Notes under the pieces: generated by a model
Database searches by the model: none
What the model saw: the letters and a program-made list of their open reading frames with translations, nothing else
Told to the model about the DNA's origin: nothing
Shown: positions 63,484-64,000 of the stretch, in pieces
How the letters are laid out: each line of letters opens with the position of its first letter
How positions within the stretch are numbered: position 1 is the stretch's first letter
Made by a program: the position numbers and the translations under genes
Assembly: GCA_002269645.1 (NCBI GenBank)
Contig: NIVC01001620.1
Location: forward strand, 186,001 to 250,000
Source of the DNA: Macrostomum lignano
Taxonomy: Eukaryota
DNA: 64,000 bases
Direction: 5' to 3'

Positions 63484-64000
63484 ATGGCTACAGCCGCGAA
63501 ATCGGCCATTTCCGCCAAGGCGAATCTCTACTGCAAGAACAACTGCGGTTTCTATGGCAACTCCAGTTGGCACGGTTACTGCTCCGTGTGCTACAGGGAC
63601 GCCTATCTCAAGCCGAAATCCCGCACAGACGATGCCCGCGAACATCAGCAGCAGCAGCGTCAGTCATCCTCTGCCGCAGCCACCGCTGTGGCCTCCTCGG
63701 CCGCGGCCGCCGCCGCCGCCGGTCTGTCCGCCTCGTTCAACCAGTTCGAAGAGAAACGGCGCCAGGTGACCGGCCGCGGCGCCAGCACCATAAAAAACCT
63801 GCTGAAAAAGCCGACAGATTCGGCGGCCTCCGCGCGCAGTCGATCGCCGCCAGCCGCCGCAGTCTCCGACGATGACTCGGCATCGACAACCGGCCTATCG
63901 ACTATCTCAGAGGTCGACAAGCACTCGAACTACGAGTACATGACGTTTGTGAAGTCCCTGCCCAGAGCGGCCGGGGTCGACCTGACCAAGCAGATTAAAT
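63484..64000 (+). CDS. RABGEF1: Rab5 GEF Rabex-5, 5' partial (runs off the window)
   Basis: ATG 63484 is the first in-frame start after TGA 63451. A20 zinc finger CKNNCGFYGNSSWHGYCSVC, then SFNQFEEKRRQ...TIKNLLKK, then the helical-bundle start YMTFVKSL...DLTKQIK. Confidence 0.88.
   Translation, partial: MATAAKSAISAKANLYCKNNCGFYGNSSWHGYCSVCYRDAYLKPKSRTDDAREHQQQQRQSSSAAATAVASSAAAAAAAGLSASFNQFEEKRRQVTGRGASTIKNLLKKPTDSAASARSRSPPAAAVSDDDSASTTGLSTISEVDKHSNYEYMTFVKSLPRAAGVDLTKQIK

Overview
Eukaryotic (metazoan) genomic DNA. GC-rich exons, GT-AG introns mostly filled with private minisatellites, and the gene set are reminiscent of the free-living flatworm Macrostomum lignano; the organism call is an inference only. 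From left to right: (1) a full-length Ty3/Gypsy LTR retrotransposon (268-10727, TSD TCAG) with a gag/pol -1 frameshift signal, whose gag is interrupted by an antisense, apparently full-length 5.7-kb LOA-like non-LTR element (APE-RT-RNase H, 14-bp TSD); (2) a 7-exon HNF4 gene; (3) an orphan Ala/Glu-rich minus-strand gene with RFX X-boxes upstream; (4) a 10-exon FBXL13/DRC6-like gene (minus strand) carrying a complete SSUH2-like gene antisense inside intron 2; (5) a secreted multi-EF-hand protein gene head-to-head with FBXL13; (6) a small single-pass membrane protein gene; (7) a MITE-like element in an AT-rich block; (8) a TLCD5/TMEM136 gene with a tRNA-derived CORE-type SINE in intron 1; (9) large minisatellite arrays; (10) the 5' part of RABGEF1/Rabex-5. 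Exon structures were assembled by hand from splice signals and reading-frame continuity. Protein family names come from recognised motifs, not database searches. The very long ORFs in the supplied track at 56-62 kb are repeat artefacts.
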